Shown: positions 13,395 to 23,800 of the stretch, in pieces
How the letters are laid out: the number at the start of each line of letters is the position of its first letter
How positions within the stretch are numbered: position 1 is the stretch's first letter
Origin: Schmidtea polychroa
Lineage: Eukaryota
DNA length: 64,000 bases
Direction of reading: 5' to 3'
Assembly (NCBI GenBank): GCA_044892525.1
Contig: CM097888.1
Coordinates: 35,588,001 to 35,652,000 of the forward strand
Translations under genes and position numbers: made by a program
Notes under the pieces: generated by a model
Seen by the model: the letters and a program-made list of their open reading frames with translations, nothing else
Told to the model about the DNA's origin: nothing
Database searches by the model: none

Positions 13395-13661
13395 GACATA
13401 AGTCCTTCTACCGGCAGTCGTGTGGGGAGAAGTCGAGGCCTCAGTAAGGAGTAGTTCTAAGGTAGGAATTCACCTGCTTACTGACGTCTCGCCAGCGTGG
13501 TACAGTTCCAACGTGGAGCAATCCACGGGTGCCACGTTGTAGGGTAAATTATGTGGGGCCCTCCTCAAAGTTGACAAGGGAATAGCGATTTCATGAAATG
13601 GACAATCATCCCTTAGAGCTAAGCGTAAACCAAGGAAGGTCAACTGAGTGGTGCCCCAGCA
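13395..13661 (+). ncRNA. Candidate structured RNA element, copy A
   Basis: gac..ccttctaccggca..gtc hairpin; cagtaag/cttactg stem; cgtggtac/gtgccacg stem enclosing cgtgga-GCAA-tccacg; terminal ggggc/gcccc, agttgac/gtcaact and aaggga/tccctt stems; homologous to 16934-17207 and 17469-17674. Confidence 0.6.
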
Positions 13662-14289
13662 ATAATATCATTTTTAAATTGATAATTTAGAGATCGAAAA
13701 ATAAAGAAACATAATGGTTAATGCAACCATATTCATTCTATACCTAAACTTGATTGTTAGGCATTTTCTTTTTTTATAATTATCGTTTCACCTTGAGTTG
13801 CAATAAAAACGAAAAATTTACTTGCCATCTATAACTGAAAACCGTGCGAATTCTAATACAGGACATTCATAAATCTTAATCGACCGCCTGTTAATGAATA
13901 CACTGATGATATAAATCAGGTTGGAAATCACCTTTACAATGAGTTCCACCCACGAGCTATGGAAAATTGATTTCTCCTTATTAGTCGCGTCGTTACAAGA
14001 CCTGTCTAGAATCTTGGAAATGACATCAGCTCCTAAATTCGTTACCCATAACACTCTAGATTTGATTAACCAAAATATATTGTCTGTGATTCGAAAATAT
14101 AATGACACAATAATGTTTTTTTTTCAACAAGCCCTTAATATTCATTTTCGGCTTGGAATTAAATCTATTTATCTAAGAATGTAACATTTTAAATTTTATA
14201 TTAATATTATTTTTACGGCTTTTTTCAACAAATTTTATACTACAGTAACATTTTACAAAAACATATTTATGTTATTATTCCGGAGTATA

Positions 14290-14930
14290 TTCACCATCTA
14301 TTTTAATTACTGCTTACAATTTGTTTGGCAGTCGGAAGAATCCATGAGGGTATACTTTTCTTAGATGCAATCCACTCTGATGGCGTCAACTAAGTCATAT
14401 AAGTTTTAGTAAACTTTGTTAGCGAGCCAATTTTTTAGTAATCGATTGACGTCTTAGTCTGTAGGAGTATATGGCGGATGAGGAAGCAGTTCTCAGCTTA
14501 TATTGGTGACAGATTCGTCGACAAGAAACTCAATATGTTTACGAGCATTCTCGTAGTGGAAGATGATGTTGTTCTTATCGACTTGAATGTAGCGTCAATG
14601 TGGTCAAATTGAGTCAGGTAGACGTCGATATATATATATAAAATCGCCGTTTTTCCTTATTCCACCAGTATCGCACTCTTTCGTCATCCTAATACCTATC
14701 CCTCTTTTCTCTTCAAAACTTCAAAATAACTATGGTTTATCATTAAGCAACTTCGGTACTGTATTTTAGTAAGTGTTTGAAGACAAAAAGTGAGTCTAAT
14801 TTTAAGGACTGCAAATGTTCTGACACACCTTTGGTACCCAGGCTTACCATAAAAGGTGCAGCGGTCTATTAGTCCGTTCTAATACCATTGTTACCTTAAT
14901 TGTGTTTTTCACCATCACTTTGATGGAGTC
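14290..14930 (-). mobile_element. Degraded mariner transposase fragment
   Basis: Minus frame IIFHYENARKH..*ELLPHPPYTP..LLKNWLANK matches mariner FHHDNARPH/WELLPHPPYSP; many stops. Confidence 0.65.
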
Positions 14931-15391
14931 TTTGTACTCCCTAACAAATTCGAAATAGTCAAACAATCGAGTAATGGGATTTCATTTGTTAACGAAACTC
15001 AAAACTATAGTGGCCGATGATGTTTACCTTTTTGTTGGTTAACATAACGAAATTTAGATTTAAGGTGCGATAAATTAATAAAAAGCCAAATCACAAAATA
15101 GTAAAATTTAATCTGAAGTTTAATAGTTTTTGTTGAAATTATTAGGCTCTTCATTTTGTATTTTAGTCTTTTTATGTAGAAAATTGGAATTTAAATTTGA
15201 TTTTAATATTAAATGAATTTTCACAAAGTGTTGACATTATATCAAAACTATTTAACTAAATCTTTGACATTAAAGCTACGAGCCGATTTTCTTCGATTGA
15301 ACCTTTATTTAACATTCAAGATGAAGATATAATTTAACTAAATTCTTATTTGAATATGTTTCTCTTAAAAAAATACTGGCTTTCACATTGT

Positions 15392-16065
15392 TGTTGGGCC
15401 AGAATTGAGAGTTGTTTTAATGAATCGGAAATACATAACATATGAAATCGCACCAAGTTGAATTAAAATCCATGATCATATACTAAATAACACAAACTAA
15501 GATACACAAAACATAGAGGATGAATAAAACACGTATAATAGAATAAAGGAACGCAAGAAGTTGCAATCTCCAACCCAATTAGGAGAAATATCGCATTCGA
15601 AAAATCTAAAAACTAGAAAATAAAATAATAATAAATAAAATAATCAATAATAAATTAATTAATAATACGAAATGTTTTAAATAAATAAATTTAAAATTGA
15701 CACTAAAATATAAAGTAAACTGATAAAATGATATAAAAATAAAATAAAAGTAGTAAACATATGTAAATTATAAAATTGACAAAACTAAATTGTTTAATGA
15801 AAACTAAAATAAAACCAACAAAAAATTATTTAAATAATAAAATTTATAGAACCAAATTGTTTAAATCAATGAAACTAAAATAAAATTAACTAAACTTATT
15901 TAACTTATAAAATTTATAAAACTAAATTCTTAAATTAATAAAAACTAAAATAAAACTAAAATTATTTAAATTATAAAATTTATGAAACTAAATCGTAGAA
16001 ATTAATAAAAATTAAAAAATTTTGATTAATTAAACTAATTAAATTAAAAATAAATAATTACATAC
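15392..16065 (+). repeat. LTR-family copy (TGTTGGG start) with AT-rich repeats
   Basis: First ~270 bp align with 55924-56190 (ttttaatgaatcg.aaatacata..cgcaccaagttgaat..ggaacgcaagaagttgcaatc); right end not defined. Confidence 0.6.
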
Positions 16066-16933
16066 ATTCAGGCATGCATGCAAAAGTAATTCAAAATTTC
16101 TCGCATTCTAATTGGATATAGTAGATGAGAATGCATGAATACACAGTCAAAATCAGTATAAATACTTATTGGAAATTCAGTCAGAACTAACAAGTTTAAT
16201 CTGAATTTTTTCATTATTTACCAGACATTCAGGCAGCTCTCAGTTTTCAGTTTTATGACATTTTGGTAAGTTTGATTTGATTTTTGTAATTTAATGTAAT
16301 GTCTAACTCTATGTAACATATATTTGTTGTAAGTTAATAAAATGTTATAGTAAATTTAGTCTGGTTAATTTTCTTGCTTGTTATCCTAATGTTGTGTTTT
16401 GGTTCTTTCTAATATTTATTTCGTAGTAAATTTCTAGTAATTCTTTGCTTGCATGAACATTATTTAATTTGGTATTTATGAACATTTTTATTTTTGGATG
16501 CTGATAGTCGCAGACAATTGACAAGTTTGGAACATCCAGTTCATTGATTTTTATTTTGATGCCCTCCAGCTTGGGATATGGCTGTGAGCTATTGACCGAA
16601 ATGCTGATAGTCACAGACTGTTGACCAATTTGGACCATCGATTTATAGGATAGATATGGGAAATATAGAGTAATTTTGGATGGTTTGAAGCTTTGTTTAA
16701 ATATAGGTAGTAGAGAACGGGTTCGTTTTAGAAGTACATAGGTCATAATTAGGAAATACAGGTAGATCCCTACCCAAATTTTATGAGGAGTATAAAACCA
16801 CATTTATTAACTCGGAAATAAGGGCCGATCTCTGCTCAAATTTTTGAAGAGAATTATAGAAAACAATTAGTAACGAGGACCACAGTTAAATGAATACATG
16901 ACAACACTAACAATAGAATGGATAATGAATAAT

Positions 16934-17207
16934 GACGTAAGACCTTCTATCGGCAGTCTAGAAACCGTAAGGAAAGTACATTGAGGAGTAGTTTTAGCAA
17001 TAAAGCTCACCTGCTCATTGATTTTCAACCATTGTGTACAATACCAGCATGGTCGTCGCAATGGATACACAGTAATGTATATAATGGGAACACCACCTCA
17101 CCCCACCCATCTAAGGTCCCTACACCTCTAAAGTCCCTCTCATTTAATGGTATACCACTTTTCAAATTTTTAAATTAATAATTTTTAACACTGAAGTAGG
17201 GTGGGGT
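16934..17207 (+). ncRNA. Candidate structured RNA element, copy 3
   Basis: gac..ccttctatcggca..gtc; cattgag/ctcattg; ttgtgtac/atacacag enclosing catggt-cgtc-gcaatg; terminal accccaccc/gggtggggt stem. Confidence 0.55.
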
Positions 17208-17341
17208 CTAGAATTCAAACACCCAATTTCAAATCTAAAAATTTATTTAATCTAAGCATTGAAGGTCTAGTGGACTCTAAAATAAGTGGGTATAAGCCGG
17301 TGTTGCCATTATATACACTACTGTACACAGATGGTCTAAAG

Positions 17342-17410
17342 CAGGGGTTTCAAACTCAAACTGGCCTGCGGGCTGCATTAGACTAGTATTATGAGCCGGC
17401 GGGCCGCAAC
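17342..17410. mobile_element. One end of a hAT (Buster/Charlie-like) MITE
   Basis: caggggtttcaaac terminus plus cgggccgc subterminal motifs, as in the 29597-30180 element; other end not found. Confidence 0.55.
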
Positions 17411-17468
17411 ATAAATAATTGTTTTTCAGAACATGTGGAGTCTGAAACTCCGACATTAATATTTATTT

Positions 17469-17674
17469 TGGTGGGTTACAGGTGGTTGAATGATTAAGTG
17501 CTGTTACCAGCGTAACCCAACATGCAACATTGTCTTTCCGCTTGGTACCCGTTGAGTAATCAACGTTGGTACTGTACCAAGGGTTGAGTACTCGCAAAAA
17601 GTGAGCGCATCAAGGCACTATAATTGTCGAGTGCTCCATGGGTTCACGGACTACCGATAGAAGGTGTGTGTCCG
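17469..17674 (-). ncRNA. Candidate structured RNA element, copy B
   Basis: Minus strand: ggac..ccttctatcggta..gtcc; gcact/agtgc; cttggtac/gtaccaag enclosing cgttga-ttac-tcaacg; terminal tgggttac/gtaaccca stem. Confidence 0.6.
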
Positions 17675-17867
17675 ATTTTTTAGGTCCCTTATCAAAATTG
17701 TTTTCCCAACCTTATGCACAAAACCCTCATTTCTCAGGCAATCATAAAACATATCGGATATTATTTTAGTACTACGAAATATGTATTATTTTAACAATAA
17801 AAATATTCTTTTAAGACTACAAAGTATACACAACACACTACAAGGATATATAAACCAGAATAAAAGT

Positions 17868-18326
17868 TCAACTCGGCTTGTTGGTAGAGCTGGCCAATCC
17901 CGTCGTAGACGCTTGCGATGAATTTGCTTGCCGCTCGTACTCGGCCAGCCTGGCCTTCTTCAATTTTTCCCGAATGTTTCGCCCAAGCCGTTTTCTTTTG
18001 GGCTTATTTTCGGCGGCTGGGGGATATATCGCCGCGAGTTCAACGGTCAGTGGCCGAATTTGTCTTGCCACGGCCTCCTGCACCACCTGCTCATTTCGCT
18101 CGGTCTCGAGTGCCCGCACCTGCAATTTCAGGGCGCGGATCTCCATTTGGTCCTGAGCGGCCTGTGTTTGTAGCTGGAGGATCTGGGCAGTTTTCTTCTT
18201 CATCGCTTCGGGACTAAACCAGGTCCCTTCGAACTCCCGGCATTTTCCTTTCAATTTGTCCACTCGGACTCGGAGTTCGTCAGCACGTTTCTGAGCCTGC
18301 TCTCGATCTTTACGCAGGTTCTCCAT
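17868..18326 (-). CDS. Cassette B ORF2, ~152 aa (MENLRKDREQ...): coiled coil, EGTWFSP motif, KPKRKR NLS-like cluster; unknown function
   Basis: Intact GC-rich ORF; ATG 11 nt after acceptor ctaat..ccttttag (18338); ORF-track start 18353 lies in the putative intron. Confidence 0.7.
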   Translation of the reverse strand: MENLRKDREQAQKRADELRVRVDKLKGKCREFEGTWFSPEAMKKKTAQILQLQTQAAQDQMEIRALKLQVRALETERNEQVVQEAVARQIRPLTVELAAIYPPAAENKPKRKRLGRNIREKLKKARLAEYERQANSSQASTTGLASSTNKPS

Positions 18327-18648
18327 TAGCTTGTACACTAAAAGGAGTCTCATTAGTTTTGTTTATACCAAAAAAAATTTATAGAATAAATTATTGGTAA
18401 GATTAAATAATATTGTTATTCGCGCTTATCGCTAGGCCATTTTTATAACCCCTCCATCTACCAACTGACTCATGCAACCAACAAAAAGGAAGAATACTTT
18501 ACGTAAGAACAACCACTCTACGGTTTCTAATACTCAACTATGATACTAATAAATTAGACTAAATCAAAATACTTTATTTAAACACAAACACTTGACGATA
18601 TCTAATACTAAGGGAATAGACTAGGTTATGTTAATTGTCCTCCAATAA

Positions 18649-19014
18649 TCACGACTGATGTTTGCGGGGCCTCCCTCTCTTTCGGGGAGTTGCTTCGGCT
18701 TCTTCGAGTTCCTCCAGGGACACTCCTTCTCGCTTGGCCCGGATTTGGGCCTCTATTTTCTTTAGTCGAATCTGTGCGGCTTCCACGTCCCAGGCCGCTT
18801 GATCTCGAGCCTCCTGCAACCAATTATTCTCCGGCTCCACCTTCACCCATGCCGGGGCATCCACTTCGGGGCCCGTCCGGATTACTCGAGCTGCGCAATC
18901 CAGGTCCCTTCCCTGACCCCACCGATGTATATGGTGCCAGATGTACCGGGTCCGGAGACGGGTGATCGTCTGCTGGTCAGTACCCTCGTCACTGCTAGAG
19001 CTAGATTGCGACAT
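18649..19014 (-). CDS. Cassette B ORF1, 121 aa, C-terminal AT-hook (TPRKRGRPRK); unknown function
   Basis: Intact GC-rich ORF; ATG 2 nt after acceptor tatttatattacag (19017); upstream donor gagag|gtaagc (19536). Confidence 0.7.
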   Translation of the reverse strand: MSQSSSSSDEGTDQQTITRLRTRYIWHHIHRWGQGRDLDCAARVIRTGPEVDAPAWVKVEPENNWLQEARDQAAWDVEAAQIRLKKIEAQIRAKREGVSLEELEEAEATPRKRGRPRKHQS

Positions 19015-19906
19015 GTCTGTAATATAAATATTAAGACCGTGTGCAGCCCGTGTGACTTATAAATTTAAAGTACGATAAAATATACCACATTTTACACAAA
19101 TAGTGCATTAATCACCAAAGTTATTAATATGTATATATATTCAACAATTAATCACCAAGGTTATCCCAATCAATGCCTATACATTTAATAATTAACCATC
19201 AAAGCTATCATAATTAATATATATACATTTAACGGGAAATTTTCGATTTAATTTATTGGGTATCCTGTTAACTAACTAATGGAAAGAAAAATTTTATCAT
19301 CCTTTTAATTAATCAAATGAAAGAAAAAAAATTTTTTTCAATGTTGAGTTTTAATACTAGAAAGTTTATGCCCCGAGCGATAATTCTCCAAAAATCACTT
19401 TGTTTTAAATCATTATTTTATTCACCAAAAGTTATTTACCACTAGTTGGTAATTTAAAAATTATCGAATTACTACTGAATTCGGGCACGCCGGGGTGATG
19501 GGTATTAGCGACAAGCTTAGTTTCTCGTTTGCTTACCTCTCCCTTGGTTGTGTTCATCATGAATGGTACAGTCGACTTTTATGCATTTGAGGTAATTCAT
19601 TTATTTACCGTAAATTTTGATTTCCAGGAATGTTGGATGATAACTTTTCCTGGTTGGAGATGGATGAGCCTAGTTTTGGGAGATCATCCTACGATTCATA
19701 ATTTTTGATTCTTAGTGGCTTGGTAATATGATTTGTTGTTCATAATAAAAGAACAATCTTATGTTTTTATTAATAGTAATTTAATCTTCTAATAAACGAA
19801 GTTATATATTTGCCATTCATTCAGGATTTAAAGGGGGTAGTTTATATGTTGGATCAGGTACTCTCACCCATATCCTCAGCTAACCTAGATGGTGTTAACA
19901 TTTTCT

Positions 19907-19923
19907 AGGGGGAGGGGTGTTGC
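19907..19923 (+). promoter_or_regulatory. Candidate polypurine tract and LTR start
   Basis: agggggagggg directly followed by TGTTGC, the usual PPT-TG junction of LTR retrotransposons; matching CA end not identified. Confidence 0.5.
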
Positions 19924-20079
19924 TAAAAATAACTTTCTAGTATTTCAGTCATTCCTATTAGTTCAAAAAGGTTGATTCCAAATTTAACTCCGGGGGGAAA
20001 TCCTAAATCAATATTTGATTTAGATTTTTATTTTTGTGAACTACAACTTATGAATAGGGACAATGATAGTATTAGCGAT

Positions 20080-20131
20080 GATAATAACGACAATAATAAT
20101 AATAATAGTAATAATGATAATAATAATAATA

Positions 20132-20164
<33 letters not shown>

Positions 20165-20413
20165 GCAATATTAATAGTAATATTNNNNNNNNNNNNNNNN
20201 NNNNNNNNNNNNNNNNNNNNNNNNNNNNNNNNNNNNNNNNNNNNNNNNNNNNNNNNNNNNNNNNNNNNNNNNNNNNNNNNNNNNNNNNNNNNNNNNNNNN
20301 NNNNNNNNNNNNNNNNNNNNNNNNNNNNNNNNNNNNNNNNNNNNNNNNNNNNNNNNNNNNNNNNNNNNNNNNNNNNNNNNNNNNNNNNNNTATCAATCAT
20401 AATATTGATAGTG

Positions 20414-20444
<31 letters not shown>

Positions 20445-21190
20445 GAATAATAATAAGAATAAAGATGATACTGATACTAATAATAATAATGGTGACGATT
20501 TAGAATGATAACTGGAAATATAATCACTTTCAATTCATACTTTATAATTTTAACAAAATTAATTTACATTTCCAATTTTAACGTCGAATGCTTCGATGTA
20601 AGCTATGGTAGCTACTTGTACTTTATATCTTCATGGTCAAATTTTGGTTATAGCTAATTATAATTCATTTCTACATTTATACTTTGTAGTTATACCTAGG
20701 TACAAATTATATTTTATAATACGACTTTACCTCAAATTATTCGTATTCCCTGCTCTTATAGTTAGAACTTATAATTATTTATAATTTATATTCCTAAATA
20801 TTTTATATATAACTAATTATAATTTATAACTTTATATTTTATAATTTATAATTTTGCTTTACCATTTATAATTTTATATTTTGTAGTTTATAAATTTATA
20901 TTTTATAATTGCCAATTTTACATTTTATGATTTATAGTTTTTAATTTTTTCAATTTATAAGTTTATATTCTATAATTTCTAATTTTATCTTTTATAGTTT
21001 TATGTTTTTCAATTTATGAATTTGTACTTTGAAATTTTACGTTTTCTATTTACAATTTCGTAGTTTGTAATCTATAAATTTATATTTTATAATCCGTAAT
21101 TTTATGCTTTATAAATAGTAATTCTAGGTTCTACAATTTATCATTTTATTACTTCACCACTCGTCATTTCATAATTCAGGGTTTATAATT
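20080..21190. repeat. (AAT)n microsatellite around an assembly gap (20185-20390), followed by degenerate ttataatttt-type repeats
   Basis: Direct reading; source of the poly-N/I/L ORFs. Confidence 0.9.
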
Positions 21191-22039
21191 TTATAGTCGA
21201 CTCGTATACTTCTTTATGAGTACCCTTTTTGATCAACATTGTCTTCTAAAATTATTTGCAGATTTCTTGGTACTATTAGGGTATAATTTCAGAATATTGA
21301 CGAGTCTACAGTCTATACATAACTAGTTCTAAGTTAATTGATCCTTATGCTACAATTTATTTACTACTATCCCCATCTAAAACTTATTATCAAGACTTCT
21401 CCATTATCAATTTATATTTTCAGGGTCGATATAATTTATATCTAAAATCTCATAATTATCTATAACTTGCATTTTGATTATAATTAGTAAATTTTATAAT
21501 AAGTACTTATATCTTTATAAATATTTAAGATGGGCGCTTGAATTAATAGATCTGTAATTTAATCGGTTAGATTTGTAATATCTATAGGTAGATTGAATTT
21601 ATTCGCATAGTAATAAATCTCGAAGTCCCAACTAGATGAGGTTATACCCACACATATGCCGGACACTTTATCATTTCTATTACTTCAGTTACTACAAATT
21701 TCTATTACCAAAATCGGATTCGGCATATGTCTGAGTACAACTGGAATGGCTATTATTGCTCAACCGACTTCATTAAGGTGATTGCAGAATTGTGTAAGGT
21801 TAGGTATGAGTTCTACTCAGATTAAGACCTTATTGTAGAGATATTTGACATTGATTTTTAATGTTGATTTTAAATTTGTATTACGTACAAAGTCGGGAAG
21901 AATATTGCTTCCATGGCCCCACTGTGACCACTTCCACAAACCTTAGTGTTGAGTGTTGAGTCAACCATTTACGGTCGACCTTACATAAACACAAAGAGTC
22001 AGACGGAGGTTTTCCTCGACCTAACTCCATGGCAGGACC

Positions 22040-23028
22040 ATGAAGTAGTTCGACCTCCGAAGGACCCGAACAAAAAAAAGTCGTATAGTATCGATCAATA
22101 TAGTACGAATAATGCATCTTGGTAGATTGCATAAAAAATTTTATTCGATATTCACGAATGCAGGACGGAATAGCGACGCACAGTGACGCCGCTGATCATT
22201 CATATTTATCTAAATAACAACGAATTTAGTAAGAATAATTTAATTATAGAAATGTGTTCATTAAAATAATTACATACATGGTTAACATAAAAACAATGCA
22301 ATCAAAAAAAAATACCCACTATCAGTTTCCTTCAAAATTTGGTCAACAAAAAATTATATATACTATTATATATACCTATTTTGTACACGTGTATGTATTG
22401 ATACAGTAAAACAAACTCGAATTCTTTTTATTCCAGAATTTTCTATTTAGCGATTTTGCTATTTTTAATGGCAATTTTTGTGCCATAATTTTTGTTTTTA
22501 TTTTTATATTTTTATTTTTTAATTATTTTTCGTTAATTTGCCGTCCATGATGGATTTGGAACGGTTCCAGAACATTCTATTTTATTTTTAATACAATTTT
22601 CATTTTAACTGATGTTTTATGAATTTCTTTTTGTAGATTTTTTATTTTTAATACTAATTTATTTATTTTATCTAATTTTTATTATTCTAGTTGGCTTTTG
22701 TGATGGTCATCGCCATTTTTGTGGAATGTTCTGGGTTTTTCTGGAATATTTTACTGTTTCTACTCTCTTTTAAGTTATTCGAGTCTGTTTTTGTTTATCT
22801 GTGTTTATTTGGTTATTTTCGAGTTCTATTTTGCATAACCTCTTGCTTTTGGTATAATTTTATTTAATTTCTGTGTTTTAGGTTTATGTTGTTTTTCCTT
22901 TAATTACTATTGTTTATTTGATGTAATTTTAATATTTAACTATACTTTGTGCTTTTTTACTTGCTGTGTACCTACACATTTCGGTCATAATTAGAAGTTT
23001 GGGTCTAGAAATCATTTCTAGCCCAACA
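22040..23028 (-). repeat. LTR-like segment (TGTTGGGCTAG start on minus strand)
   Basis: Same start motif as the LTR at 55924; A-rich body; possible CA|TGGTCC junction near 22040; left boundary uncertain. Confidence 0.4.
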
Positions 23029-23076
23029 ATTTAATTAAAAACTCAACAAAACTAAAAAACATTTTTTTATTATTAA

Positions 23077-23077
<1 letters not shown>

Positions 23078-23140
<63 letters not shown>
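23078..23140. repeat. (AAT)21 microsatellite
   Basis: Perfect trinucleotide run. Confidence 0.97.
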
Positions 23141-23141
<1 letters not shown>

Positions 23142-23800
23142 TGTATAACGTCATATGTATAAATAAAAATAATTAAAAAGATAAGTTTTAATTTATACAG
23201 CCAATTATGATTTTAATTGTTAAATAAGTTTGGTTAAATTACAAATCTATGTATTTTCGTTGCGGGCGTTCAAAGAGTCGATTTAACACTTACAATTACC
23301 CCTAACACTTTTGAAAAATAAAATGAAACACCCCTTAGCGACCAACATTGTTATGAAATTCATTTTCAGTTCACTAATCATGTTAAAAAAATTTTAAACT
23401 CAGATTATTCGAAGAAATAAACTTGTTTAATATTGCACTGACATTTTTGGTTAGCAAATAACTCAGATCAACAAGAAACCGACAATTTTCGAAATTTATT
23501 TTAAACTAAAACTAAAATCCTAATTCTACAAATAAGGTTAAAAATTTAACAAACATATACATTACTCATATGTAAAATCATAAATTCATTTAATTCAGTC
23601 AATTTCAAATGACAAATAGAAATATGTGCACAAAATCCTTGAAATCATTATCTCATGTTTGGAGTAGATGAAGGTAAATTAGATTCACCCAGTCTAAATT
23701 CTCTGTAATAGTTTCTCATTAATAGTTAAGCTTACATTCATGTCTAAAATCTAATTAGTTAGGATAATGAGACCCTCAATAGAATTTGAACATGAATTAA

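Noticed and set aside
13818-14184. Overlapping 96-aa and 87-aa ORFs
   Set aside because: No recognisable homology or convincing donor site; cannot be supported as exons
17469-17482. TGGTGGGTTAC (and TGCTGGGGCAC in cassette A) as a tRNA primer-binding site
   Set aside because: No convincing match to a tRNA 3' end that I can recall, no adjacent CA LTR end, and copy 3 lacks it; it is one arm of the terminal stem
17640-17680. HDV-like ribozyme reading of ACC-UUCUAUC-GGU in the conserved motif
   Set aside because: P3/L3 size fits, but the conserved L3 G, a 7-bp P1 starting with G and a P2 partner are missing, and P3 is mismatched in the other two copies
13400-17680. Shared peptide WYP..WYCT..LPIEG on the strand opposite the structured motif
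   Set aside because: Two of three copies have stops and one has an internal 1-nt indel; the conservation is better explained by base pairing
19972-20508. Poly-Asn/Ile/Leu ORFs and other X-filled ORFs at 6.8, 37.2 and 57.6-58.6 kb
   Set aside because: Produced by (AAT)n repeats and N gaps
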